Of a DNA stretch of 32,000 nucleotides, positions 16,385 to 24,134 are shown piece by piece. Under the pieces are notes generated by a model. That model searched no databases, was not told the DNA's origin, and was given only the letters and a program-made list of their open reading frames with translations. The translations under genes and the position numbers were made by a program. The stretch spans positions 480,001 to 512,000 of the forward strand of contig CP095464.1 of NCBI GenBank assembly GCA_021294815.2, given 5' to 3'. The stretch's first letter is position 1. The number at the start of each line of letters is the position of its first letter. Origin of the DNA: Verrucomicrobiota bacterium. Lineage in GTDB: Bacteria > Verrucomicrobiota > Verrucomicrobiia > Opitutales > LL51.

Positions 16385-17269
16385 TTACTGTGCGAGTTGC
16401 GACACAACGGGTGCGATAATGGGAGAGACCCGATCTAAGATTTGCCCCCAAACGTCGTCGAAGTGCTTCTTTTCGGAGTCGTCTAGCAGTTGTGCCGGCT
16501 GAAGTTTGAACTGAGACTTCAATTTTTCCTGGATTTGGAGCGGCAAAAAATAGAAACTTGCCTTTTGGAAATCCTGACTCAAGAGTACAAAGTACAAAAC
16601 ACGATCTTCGACGGGAAGGTAGGCCAGTAACTGATCCGCAAGCGCCAGAGTTTGCGCATTGATTGCGAGGTGTCCATAGACGCTCGAGCGGAAGAATTCC
16701 GGAAGTAATGGAAAATAAGAAAGGATTTCCGTATTGGTGAAGCTATTCCACAAGTCGAAAAGAATCGCCAGCGGTAGATCACTTAAAAATCCCTCCTGGG
16801 CATTCCGATCTCCAAACTGCGCAAGATCGTTTCGTAGTTTTTGCATCAACTCCGCATCGGTTAAAGCCTCAAGTCCGTGCAATTGACGATAGTACGTGCG
16901 CTGTTCGTCTCCAAATTGATTGATAAGCTGGACCAACATTTGCCAGCGAGAAAATGCCTCCCGACGTGCGACGCGACGCCATGCTTTTATATCGACGACG
17001 TTATGCGTTATGAGCTCTTGAAAAATCGAAGCTCCCGCTTCCTGGCGCGCCCGTAAAATCTGTCTTTGCATGATCTGCATCGCTTGGTCTTTAAATCCAC
17101 CCAACATCTGCTTACCGATCGGTATAAAAAAATCCTTCACCTTGCTCCAAAAACTTTTCTTGGGCTGAATTTCGACTGCCCCCGACAAAGCCCCGCAGAA
17201 ATAGCAGCTCCCTAAGCATAAAACAAGCCATTTCTTATTTCCATTCTCGAATTTTCGATTCAATCCCAT
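16385..17269 (-). CDS. hypothetical exported/lipoprotein-like protein, paralog 1 (294 aa)
   Basis: N-terminus MGLNRKFENGNKKWLVLCLGSCYFCGALSGA. The C-terminal block DRVLYFVLLSQDFQKASFYFLPLQIQEKL is shared with the 17385-18197 product. Confidence 0.65.
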   Translation of the reverse strand: MGLNRKFENGNKKWLVLCLGSCYFCGALSGAVEIQPKKSFWSKVKDFFIPIGKQMLGGFKDQAMQIMQRQILRARQEAGASIFQELITHNVVDIKAWRRVARREAFSRWQMLVQLINQFGDEQRTYYRQLHGLEALTDAELMQKLRNDLAQFGDRNAQEGFLSDLPLAILFDLWNSFTNTEILSYFPLLPEFFRSSVYGHLAINAQTLALADQLLAYLPVEDRVLYFVLLSQDFQKASFYFLPLQIQEKLKSQFKLQPAQLLDDSEKKHFDDVWGQILDRVSPIIAPVVSQLAQ

Positions 17270-17277
17270 GAGAAGTA

Positions 17278-17305
17278 ATTATAAAAAACGAGAAAAATTT
17301 TACAA
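17278..17305 (-). promoter_or_regulatory. promoter TTGTAA-16 bp-TATAAT, ATG 8 nt downstream
   Basis: Read on the minus strand. It is paralogous to the promoter at 18206-18233. Confidence 0.6.
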
Positions 17306-17325
17306 TATTTTTTAAAATTAAAACA

Positions 17326-17352
17326 AACACTCCCCTGAATTGGGGGAGTGTT
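17326..17352 (-). terminator. stem-loop AACACTCCCC-7 nt-GGGGAGTGTT with T-runs on both sides (bidirectional intrinsic terminator)
   Basis: Perfect 10-bp stem. On the minus strand it is followed by TGTTTT, just after the stop of the 17385-18197 gene. Confidence 0.7.
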
Positions 17353-17384
17353 TTGGTTCGTGCAATACGTATTATGTCGTTGGC

Positions 17385-18197
17385 TTACAACTCAATTTGC
17401 TCGGAGTCAGGGAGCAGTGTTGCGGGCGTAAGGTGGAACTTCTTCTCGAGCCTTTTTTGAATTGTGAGCGGTAAAAAGTAAAAGCTCGCTTTTTGAAAAT
17501 TGTCATCAAGTAGGAGATAATATAATACACGCTCCAGAACGGGAAGATAACCTAGAAGCTGCCTACCAATCTCGGGTCTAGTTTGAATGAGCTCCCCAAA
17601 AACAACGGCTTGAAACAGTGGGGGACAATGAGGAAATATTGCGAGTTTCTCATCATCAGAAGCGTGCTGCCACAAATCAACAAGCGTTGGAAGACTCAAC
17701 TTTTCTAAGAATTTTTTCTTCGCTCCTTGGCCTTCGATTTTGGAAAATTCCTGGTACTGAAATTTGTACAACGATTCCAAGAATTGAGCCTGGGGGTCTA
17801 CGATTGTTGGCTTGATGTGACCTGGCTTACCGACGACGTCCCGAGGCCCTTTGAAGCTTCCAATAAGCTTGTTAAGGTCCTTCCATCGGGCCTTTGCTTC
17901 CTGCTCCGCGATATTTTTCCACATCGGCATATTGATCATGCCTGAAAGTTCAAATGCTCTTTTGAGTTTTTCCTTGACCTCTTTACGTCTAGAAGCAATG
18001 CCCTGCTTAAATAGCGCTAATTGGAGTTGCATGGCCGACGATGATTTGGCGGCGTTGAGGTTTGCTTTGGCAAAAGTTTTGGGATCTGAAGGTTTCTTGT
18101 TGACCGCTCCCGATAAAGTGCCGCAAAGGCAGCCGCTACCTAAGCAAAAAACGAGCCATTTTCGATTCCCATTTTTGATATTCGAATCCATTCCCAT
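17385..18197 (-). CDS. hypothetical exported/lipoprotein-like protein, paralog 2 (270 aa)
   Basis: N-terminus MGMDSNIKNGNRKWLVFCLGSGCLCGTLSGA. The C-terminal block ERVLYYLLLDDNFQKASFYFLPLTIQKRL is shared. Confidence 0.65.
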   Translation of the reverse strand: MGMDSNIKNGNRKWLVFCLGSGCLCGTLSGAVNKKPSDPKTFAKANLNAAKSSSAMQLQLALFKQGIASRRKEVKEKLKRAFELSGMINMPMWKNIAEQEAKARWKDLNKLIGSFKGPRDVVGKPGHIKPTIVDPQAQFLESLYKFQYQEFSKIEGQGAKKKFLEKLSLPTLVDLWQHASDDEKLAIFPHCPPLFQAVVFGELIQTRPEIGRQLLGYLPVLERVLYYLLLDDNFQKASFYFLPLTIQKRLEKKFHLTPATLLPDSEQIEL

Positions 18198-18205
18198 GGA
18201 TGAGA

Positions 18206-18233
18206 AGTATAATAATTGGTAAAAAATTTACAA
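18206..18233 (-). promoter_or_regulatory. promoter TTGTAA-16 bp-TATACT, ATG 8 nt downstream
   Basis: Read on the minus strand. It is divergent from the ECF sigma gene. Confidence 0.6.
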
Positions 18234-18288
18234 TATTATCTGAAATAATTTTTTAACGATTGAGGCGGGGGAGAAATATTCTTTTGAG

Positions 18289-18921
18289 TTGTCCGTAAAG
18301 GGTTTTCCTCTACATTTCGCGGTTGTGGCCCTTTTTGCGCGCAAAGTTCACGATCCTCCGCCGGAAGATCCGTTGGTCGCCGCAATTAAGGGGGACTCTC
18401 AGTCCGCATTTACGCAGTTTGTCGAAAAATATAAGCAGCGCATTTTCGCGACGGTTTATAATATTGTCAATAACCCGCACGATGCGATGGAAATTACACA
18501 AGACGTCTTTATCAAGGCCTTTGACGCGATTCACTCGTTTAAGGCGAATGCCTCCGTGTCGACGTGGCTCTACCGGATTGCGGTGAACATGGCGCTTTCG
18601 TTTCTACGCCAGCGAAAAAAACGCGAGGCCGTGAGTTTAGACGTTTTGGACGAATCGGGAATCACGCCGGAGACGCTGCGGTTGATTCCGACAGAGGCGG
18701 GGAGCGATCGGGCGATGGCGCTCAAGGAATTACAAAAAAATTTGAACGAAGCGCTGCAAAAGTTGTCTAACAAGCATAGGGTTGTATTTGTGCTGTTTGA
18801 GGTGGAGCGTATGTCGCACGAGGAAATCGCGAAAATCGTTGGCTGTTCGGTAGGAACCGTTCGGTCACGTCTTCATTATGCGAAACAAGAGCTCCAGCAG
18901 TATTTGAAGACCTACCTGTAA
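18289..18921 (+). CDS. ECF-type RNA polymerase sigma factor (sigma-70 family group 4)
   Basis: Region 2 (DAMEITQDVFIKAF...STWLYRIAVNMALSFLR) and region 4 (EEIAKIVGCSVGTVRSRLHYAKQEL). The start is uncertain: TTG 18289 is listed and GTG 18325 is possible. Confidence 0.88.
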   Translation: MSVKGFPLHFAVVALFARKVHDPPPEDPLVAAIKGDSQSAFTQFVEKYKQRIFATVYNIVNNPHDAMEITQDVFIKAFDAIHSFKANASVSTWLYRIAVNMALSFLRQRKKREAVSLDVLDESGITPETLRLIPTEAGSDRAMALKELQKNLNEALQKLSNKHRVVFVLFEVERMSHEEIAKIVGCSVGTVRSRLHYAKQELQQYLKTYL

Positions 18922-18922
18922 T

Positions 18923-19366
18923 ATGAACACATCAGAAAAGGATCAAAAATTATCACAGCTATTTCAGCTTAAGCGGGTTGAGGCCCCGTCGGAGGCGTTT
19001 TGGCGTGATTTTGATGCCGGCTTTCGACGTAAGTTCGCAGCGCACATAGCACCTAAGCCCTCGTGGATCCAGTCCGTTCTGGAATTTCTCCAGCCGTGTC
19101 GCTGGGCGTTTGCAACGGTCGGGGGTGTCGCCTGTGCGTTTTTAGCAATCTCCTCGCTTTCTCTGCAACAAGTTTCCAAAGATATTGGGCACGGGATGGG
19201 CGTAGTGGCAGTGAAAAATTCGTTCCCGGGTTCGTTGAACTTAGCGGAGCATGCAAGTGGCGCGGCGTTGGCCCTTACGCTTTCGTCGGGACCAGGGGCC
19301 CACTATGTTTGTGACAACCTGTATAAATCAGAGTTGCAGACAGCAAGTCGGCCATTAGCGTTCTGA
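18923..19366 (+). CDS. putative anti-sigma factor (single-pass membrane protein)
   Basis: The ATG lies 1 nt after the sigma gene stop. It has one predicted TM segment (WAFATVGGVACAFLAISSL) and an N-terminal FWRDF motif. The function is inferred from position. Confidence 0.5.
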   Translation: MNTSEKDQKLSQLFQLKRVEAPSEAFWRDFDAGFRRKFAAHIAPKPSWIQSVLEFLQPCRWAFATVGGVACAFLAISSLSLQQVSKDIGHGMGVVAVKNSFPGSLNLAEHASGAALALTLSSGPGAHYVCDNLYKSELQTASRPLAF

Positions 19367-19369
19367 CGC

Positions 19370-20422
19370 ATGTGTCGCGTTGCTCTCATCACTGGTCTTT
19401 TAGGAGCTCATTTTGCTGTTCAAGCGGCACCCGTAGCGGCTGAATCCGAGGTTAATGCTCCTCAAACGGCTTCGAAAGAGGGAGATGCATTCGCCCTTAC
19501 TGCTGCAGATGAAAAAATCTGTGAGATTGCGACGTTGATCTCAGTTTCACGTGATACCCAGGCGATTTTTGCGCAGTATAGCGACTGTGTTGTGAAGGTA
19601 TTAGGTACACGCGATGAGACCGGAAGTGCGCCACTTGTGTATGGGACGGGATTTTTCATCGATCCGCAAGGGCATGTTTTAACGACAGCAACGGTTGCTT
19701 CCGAAGCGACTCAGCTGTGGGTGCAGTGTGGGGCGATTTCTTATGCGGCGACGATGATAGGGCAAGACCCGCGAACGAATCTCGCGGTGCTTCAGCTTGT
19801 GACTTTACCCAAGGGGGCGCATTATATTGCGTTGCCCATGGTTTCCAAAATTCTGAAGCGCCATGCGGGTGAGTTATGTGTCGCGATTAGCAGCACAAAA
19901 GGGATGTCGGTAGAGCCAAAACTTGGGATGATTACGGGGCGCGATCTAGTTTATGGCGAGCACATTTTAGCGCTGGGATATTTTCGGAGCAGCCTTGAGA
20001 TTTGCGGCGGCGAGAGCGGCTCTCCGGTATTTGATAGCACGGGGCGTTTTTGCGGTATCATGATCGCGGCACTACCGGACATCCGTTCAAGTTTTATTAT
20101 TCCAGCGGAGGCGTTGAAGCGGGTGGCTGATCGGCTATGTGCGGGGCTCGAGGTTGACTACGCTGCCGCGGGATTTTGTGTACAGGGCCAGATGTCTGTG
20201 GATGGCCAGAAGGAGCTCGTGATCTCGTTATCGGAGCGCCCGGGGCTGCGTGTCGGGGATAAAGTTTGTTCAATAGATGATGTCGAAATTCAAGACGAGG
20301 AAGACATTGCCGATATTTTGTTTTTCAAATCTCCTGGCGAATGCATAACCGTGACGGTCGACCGCCCAGAGGTAGGGCGTATATCTGTCGAATGCATGTT
20401 GAAGGCCCGGGTAGAGCCGTAA
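19370..20422 (+). CDS. HtrA/DegS-like trypsin-fold protein with a C-terminal PDZ-like domain and an apparently non-canonical catalytic triad
   Basis: Signal peptide, GTGFFIDPQGHVLTTATVA, DPRTNLAVLQL, GGESGSPVF and a C-terminal GLRVGDKVCSIDDVEI (PDZ-like). By hand alignment the His and Asp positions read Thr and Asn. Confidence 0.7.
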   Translation: MCRVALITGLLGAHFAVQAAPVAAESEVNAPQTASKEGDAFALTAADEKICEIATLISVSRDTQAIFAQYSDCVVKVLGTRDETGSAPLVYGTGFFIDPQGHVLTTATVASEATQLWVQCGAISYAATMIGQDPRTNLAVLQLVTLPKGAHYIALPMVSKILKRHAGELCVAISSTKGMSVEPKLGMITGRDLVYGEHILALGYFRSSLEICGGESGSPVFDSTGRFCGIMIAALPDIRSSFIIPAEALKRVADRLCAGLEVDYAAAGFCVQGQMSVDGQKELVISLSERPGLRVGDKVCSIDDVEIQDEEDIADILFFKSPGECITVTVDRPEVGRISVECMLKARVEP

Positions 20423-20470
20423 GGTTTCAAGCAATATTCGATTAATCGTCATAGAATAATCGCCAAAGAG

Positions 20471-20510
20471 AAGAGGAGGGCGCCTTGGCTCTCCTCTTTT
20501 TGATGTTTTC
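20471..20510 (+). terminator. intrinsic terminator AAGAGGAG-12 nt-CTCCTCTT followed by TTTGATGTTTT
   Basis: 8-bp perfect stem plus a T-run, 49 nt after the protease gene stop. Confidence 0.7.
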
Positions 20511-20523
20511 GAAAACTAACGGG

Positions 20524-20595
20524 AGGCATGGGTCGGAATCGAACCGACGTATAAAGGTTTTGCAGACCTCTGCCTTACCCCTTGGCTACCATGCC
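20524..20595 (-). tRNA. tRNA-Cys (anticodon GCA), CCA not encoded
   Basis: Hand-folded cloverleaf: acceptor GGCATGG/CCATGCC, anticodon arm GAGGT-CTGCAAA-ACCTT, T arm GTCGG-TTCGATT-CCGAC, 72 nt. Confidence 0.9.
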
Positions 20596-20606
20596 TCGAT
20601 TAAACT

Positions 20607-23600
20607 TTATTCGTTGTTCGGACTACTGGAATTTGAATTGTTCGACCTCCTCGACTGCTGCGCATTCTCCCGCCGATCTTCCTTCCATTTTTCATACGAC
20701 GCAAGATCCGCCCTGATTGCATCAACTGTCGTCGAGGTAAGATACTCACTTACTGTACGCAGAAGATTCTTGTCCGCCAGCCTAGAGAGCTGCTCCTTCT
20801 TCTTCTCTTGTTTGTTAGACGTGCTCTCGGAGGACATTTCGTTAAACTGCTCTTGTGTCAAGCAGGAAAGTTTCCTTTCCATATCGTCCTTTTCCTTTTT
20901 TTGGTGGCCTGAAAGCTGGTTATTAGATATTGCCTGAAGCACGTTTTTCTGCTCCAGAACTCCGAGAAAGATATTCTTGTGGTCCTGCCGACATAAATCA
21001 AGGTCTTTTGCCCGTTTGGGAAAAGTTTTAAGGCTTTTAAGAAAATTACAGGCTTTCAATATGGTGAAAACTTTCTGTTGTCTTTGGGTTTCTTCTTCCT
21101 CTCTTCTTTGCTGTTCCTTCACGAGATCCGCAAAAGAAGTAGTGAAGATATTTTTATGCTTGAGCGGATTTCCCGAAGCATTTAGGTCTGAAGATACCTC
21201 CTGAGTTTTCTGATCATCAGGGATAGTCGGTGTACCCTCGATCGCCGTAATGCCATTCGTCTGAATACCTTTGCCTTCTATTTTATCTTGGGTAGGATTT
21301 TCTGAATTCTTTAGAGTCTGATCATTTGGATCTCCTTGTTCGGTGGGGGGCTCGTGATGTTTTTTGTGTCTCCTTCTATTCTGCTTACCAGTATCATTCT
21401 GATTGAATTTATCATCAGAAGAATCCTCGTGATTCGAATTGCTCGGATCGCTCCCATTATTTGAGAGGTCCCGATTTTCATCCTGATCCTCGTCACCTTC
21501 TGTTGCGTCTTCGCTTCCCTGGTTACTTTTTGTCGCTGTCGACAGTTCTTTAGTTTGATTCATGTCATCATTTAGCAGGAATGCTCGGACTACAGGACCT
21601 ATCGGGACTGTTTGTTGCTGTTGATCCGCTGTAGGTTTTTCCTTGTTAATCTGCTGGTTCAGCGTCGGCATCCTCATCATAGCATCAGTCATTTCCTCAG
21701 ATGCAAAACGCCCCAGCAGCCAAACCAGAAGTTCTTCATCTGAGGGATCTTGATCCGGGTTCTTGGCCTCCTTGTATTCATTTCTGAGCTTTACTTTTCT
21801 CTCAGTCAGGCTTGCTTGTCTTTTCTTTTTATTTTCCCATTCCTTTTTATCTTTGTCACTCTTCGCACCCTTCGCTCCTTGTTCATTCCAGAGTTTCGTA
21901 ATCGCGTCATCAGACATCGCCTTAAGGAAGCGATTTTTGACCGTTTTTTCCTCTTTTGTCTTCGGGGCTAATACAGTGTTGAGAAGCGTTTCCCGATGTT
22001 TTTGTCCCTCGGGATTGCCCACAAAGAACTGGGCCTTCTCCTTCGGCTTGAGTACGAGTAGATCTCTCCCGCACTTTTGGATCACGTTAAGATCCTGAAT
22101 GAAGTAGTAACCCGTTAGGATTGGAAGTTGTGCCTCTTTGCTCCTACGCGGTGTCTTTGCTTCTGGTGTCGCAGATTTTTTGAGACGTATAGGGGTAGCA
22201 GGTTCACTCGCACCTCTCTGGTTATCACCTGTTCCCTCTTTCCCACTCACAGCAACAGGACATAGCAGAAAATCTGCTCTTTCAAAAGCACCTTCCTGTT
22301 TTTGGAGCCGGTCTCTGAAGTTTCCTAAAAACATCCTGGTTTCATCTTGAAAGTCATTCTCAGGATCGTCGAGAGTGCCTTGCATCTCGTTTGCAAGCCT
22401 GTCTAACGAATCCCGTCCGTACTTTTGTTCAAGCTCATTAATGCGGTCGAGGGTGATTTTGCTCAGAGCTTCTGTCGAGCACTTTCTTGCGTCCTCTTCA
22501 TCCTTTTTAGCCTGCTTATTGTTTGGATTTTTCCAGAAGTTTCCAGCCGCCTCCTGCCAATCATTGAGAGGTGCCATTGTTGAGTTATAAAGATCACTCA
22601 ATTCTCGCGGATAGTTATTCCCGTCCTCATATTGCTCCTCTTCTTCCTTTTCTTCCTCTTCTTCCTCTTCGCCGTTACGTTCATCAGACAGGGAATTTTG
22701 TTGCGACAGAACATCGGAAGGGTTCTTTGTTTCTGTTTTAATAGGACTTATCTCGCGAGGTCCATTGTAGTCGTTGTTTGCTCCATTTCCTTGGTCATCG
22801 GTTACAGAATTTTTGACTTCACCAGTAGCCGTTGTGATAGTAGCATTGACTGACGATTGCTCAGGCAGAGGATTTTGTTTTGTGGACAGGGCACCATTTC
22901 CGTAAACGTTTTGCAAAAGGGTGTCGGGCTTCGGGAATTCAACATCGGGGAACGACGAGACAGGGACAGGGACAGGGCTGCTATGGAGGTTCTCATAATC
23001 ATTAGAGCGTTTTCCTTGCTGGTCCATATTTGATGGTGATTGATTCAGCGAATTGATATTGCCCTTTTGAGAAGTCTCGCTGGACGCCAAGATTGCCGTA
23101 CTCGACTGTATTTGATTGATTTGTTGCTCTTGCTGCAACGTTTCCGTTCCCAAATTTTGAAGATCTGATCGTCGGGTAATCTTAGCAGTAGATTGTGAGG
23201 GGATGACGGGCCTTAGAGAAACATTTTGAAGAGAAACGGGCCTATTGATTTCTGGTTTTTCATCGTCACTAAGGTGTTCTCCATTGTGGTTTAAAGTGAA
23301 ACTCTCCGGTTGTTGCTGAGGTACCTGAGGTGCCGGAACCGTTGGTTGTTGCTGAGGTACCTGAGGTGCCAGAACCGTTGGTTGTTGCTGAGGTACAACC
23401 TGTTGTTCGTCCCTTTGATAAACCGCGAGTCTCCTTGCCTCCCGTGCTCGTTCCCGCTGACTCATACCTTGAAACAAGACCTGATTCGGTTGACTTTGTG
23501 GTGTTGAGACTGTCTGAGGTGCCTGTTGTTGCTGAGGTACCTGAGGTGCCGGAACCGCTGGTTGTTGCTGAGGCACAACCTGTTGTTCGTCCCTTTGATA

Positions 23601-23723
23601 AACCGCGAGTCTCCTTGCCTCCCGTGCTCGTTCCCGCTGACTCATACCGGATGCTTGCAAATGGTCCACCGAGATGCTCACTAAGAACATCAACGATAGA
23701 AGTTGACTAGAATATTTTTTCAT
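20607..23723 (-). CDS. large secreted low-complexity protein (1038 aa from ATG 23723), MKKYS-leader family
   Basis: Signal peptide MKKYSSQLLSLMFLVSISV. It contains duplicated GMSQRERAREARRLAVYQRDEQQVVPQQQP units, a Glu run, basic KKHH/KKKR patches and a Ser/Asn-rich C-terminus. No family was recognised. Confidence 0.7.
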   Translation of the reverse strand: MKKYSSQLLSLMFLVSISVDHLQASGMSQRERAREARRLAVYQRDEQQVVPQQQPAVPAPQVPQQQQAPQTVSTPQSQPNQVLFQGMSQRERAREARRLAVYQRDEQQVVPQQQPTVLAPQVPQQQPTVPAPQVPQQQPESFTLNHNGEHLSDDEKPEINRPVSLQNVSLRPVIPSQSTAKITRRSDLQNLGTETLQQEQQINQIQSSTAILASSETSQKGNINSLNQSPSNMDQQGKRSNDYENLHSSPVPVPVSSFPDVEFPKPDTLLQNVYGNGALSTKQNPLPEQSSVNATITTATGEVKNSVTDDQGNGANNDYNGPREISPIKTETKNPSDVLSQQNSLSDERNGEEEEEEEKEEEEQYEDGNNYPRELSDLYNSTMAPLNDWQEAAGNFWKNPNNKQAKKDEEDARKCSTEALSKITLDRINELEQKYGRDSLDRLANEMQGTLDDPENDFQDETRMFLGNFRDRLQKQEGAFERADFLLCPVAVSGKEGTGDNQRGASEPATPIRLKKSATPEAKTPRRSKEAQLPILTGYYFIQDLNVIQKCGRDLLVLKPKEKAQFFVGNPEGQKHRETLLNTVLAPKTKEEKTVKNRFLKAMSDDAITKLWNEQGAKGAKSDKDKKEWENKKKRQASLTERKVKLRNEYKEAKNPDQDPSDEELLVWLLGRFASEEMTDAMMRMPTLNQQINKEKPTADQQQQTVPIGPVVRAFLLNDDMNQTKELSTATKSNQGSEDATEGDEDQDENRDLSNNGSDPSNSNHEDSSDDKFNQNDTGKQNRRRHKKHHEPPTEQGDPNDQTLKNSENPTQDKIEGKGIQTNGITAIEGTPTIPDDQKTQEVSSDLNASGNPLKHKNIFTTSFADLVKEQQRREEEETQRQQKVFTILKACNFLKSLKTFPKRAKDLDLCRQDHKNIFLGVLEQKNVLQAISNNQLSGHQKKEKDDMERKLSCLTQEQFNEMSSESTSNKQEKKKEQLSRLADKNLLRTVSEYLTSTTVDAIRADLASYEKWKEDRRENAQQSRRSNNSNSSSPNNE
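23308..23648 (-). repeat. intragenic repeats: a 123-bp unit repeated at a 180-bp period (23346-23468 vs 23526-23648, 3 mismatches) and 36-bp tandem units (23308-23343, 23344-23379)
   Basis: Aligned by eye. In-frame, encoding the PTVPAPQVPQQQ and GMSQRERAREARRLAVYQRDEQQ units. Confidence 0.85.
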
Positions 23724-23986
23724 AGCAGGGTGGACACTCACCCCTTTTATTTTACTGTCAAGTGTTTTTTTTGTAAAAAACATGCTGGATTTCGCAGCTC
23801 TTTGCGGTGTTTATTTGAGTTTAGTTTAGTATTTGTTTTGTTATTTTTTATAAATTCCTGTAAAAGTTGCATTTTATGTAAATTAAAACTTAAAAATAAA
23901 GTATTTTATCGCAACGGCTTTGATTATTTTAGAGAGTGATTGAGATCATTATTGAGTCGAAGTGGCTTCTGAATACTCGATGCCTT

Positions 23987-24093
23987 GATGGAAAAATTTC
24001 ACCAAAGGGTGGATTTATTCTTGCATTAATGGCGTCCATTCTAGCGACGTTGACAACTATGTTGGCCAGATACTCGTTGTTATTACAAAAATA
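23987..24093 (+). pseudogene. degenerate duplicate of the 5' end of the 25989-29141 gene (pseudopilin-like N-terminus stub)
   Basis: ATGGAAAAATTTCACCAAAGGGTGGATTTATTCTTGCATTAATGGCGTCC... aligns with 25992-26100. A 1-nt deletion gives a stop after 13 codons. The shifted frame reads GFILALMASILATLTTMLARYSLLLQK*. Weaker similarity extends upstream to about 23935. Confidence 0.75.
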
Positions 24094-24134
24094 ACAAGAT
24101 ATCAAACGCCGAGTTAGAGAATGTCTATCATGAA

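Noticed and set aside
16081-16438. Plus-strand ORFs of 93 and 114 aa opposite the 68-aa ORF and the gspE upstream region.
   Set aside because: They are antisense to a region whose minus-strand ORF is translationally coupled to gspE. They have no promoter or start context. The coding status of the whole 16.08-16.38 kb stretch remains uncertain.
20485-20937. 150-aa plus-strand ORF.
   Set aside because: It runs straight through the tRNA-Cys gene and is antisense to the 3' end of the large secreted-protein gene.
23330-23710. 126-aa plus-strand ORF with internal repeats (also 23310-23507).
   Set aside because: It is the antisense image of the Gln/Pro repeat region of the 1038-aa gene. The repeats are explained by that gene.
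23724-23790. TTGACA boxes upstream of the two MKKYS-leader genes (near 23745 and 25872), considered as promoters with the same fixed geometry.
   Set aside because: TTGACA is present in both, but I could not find a convincing -10 hexamer at 16-18 bp, and the distance to the ATG is much longer. I left them unannotated.
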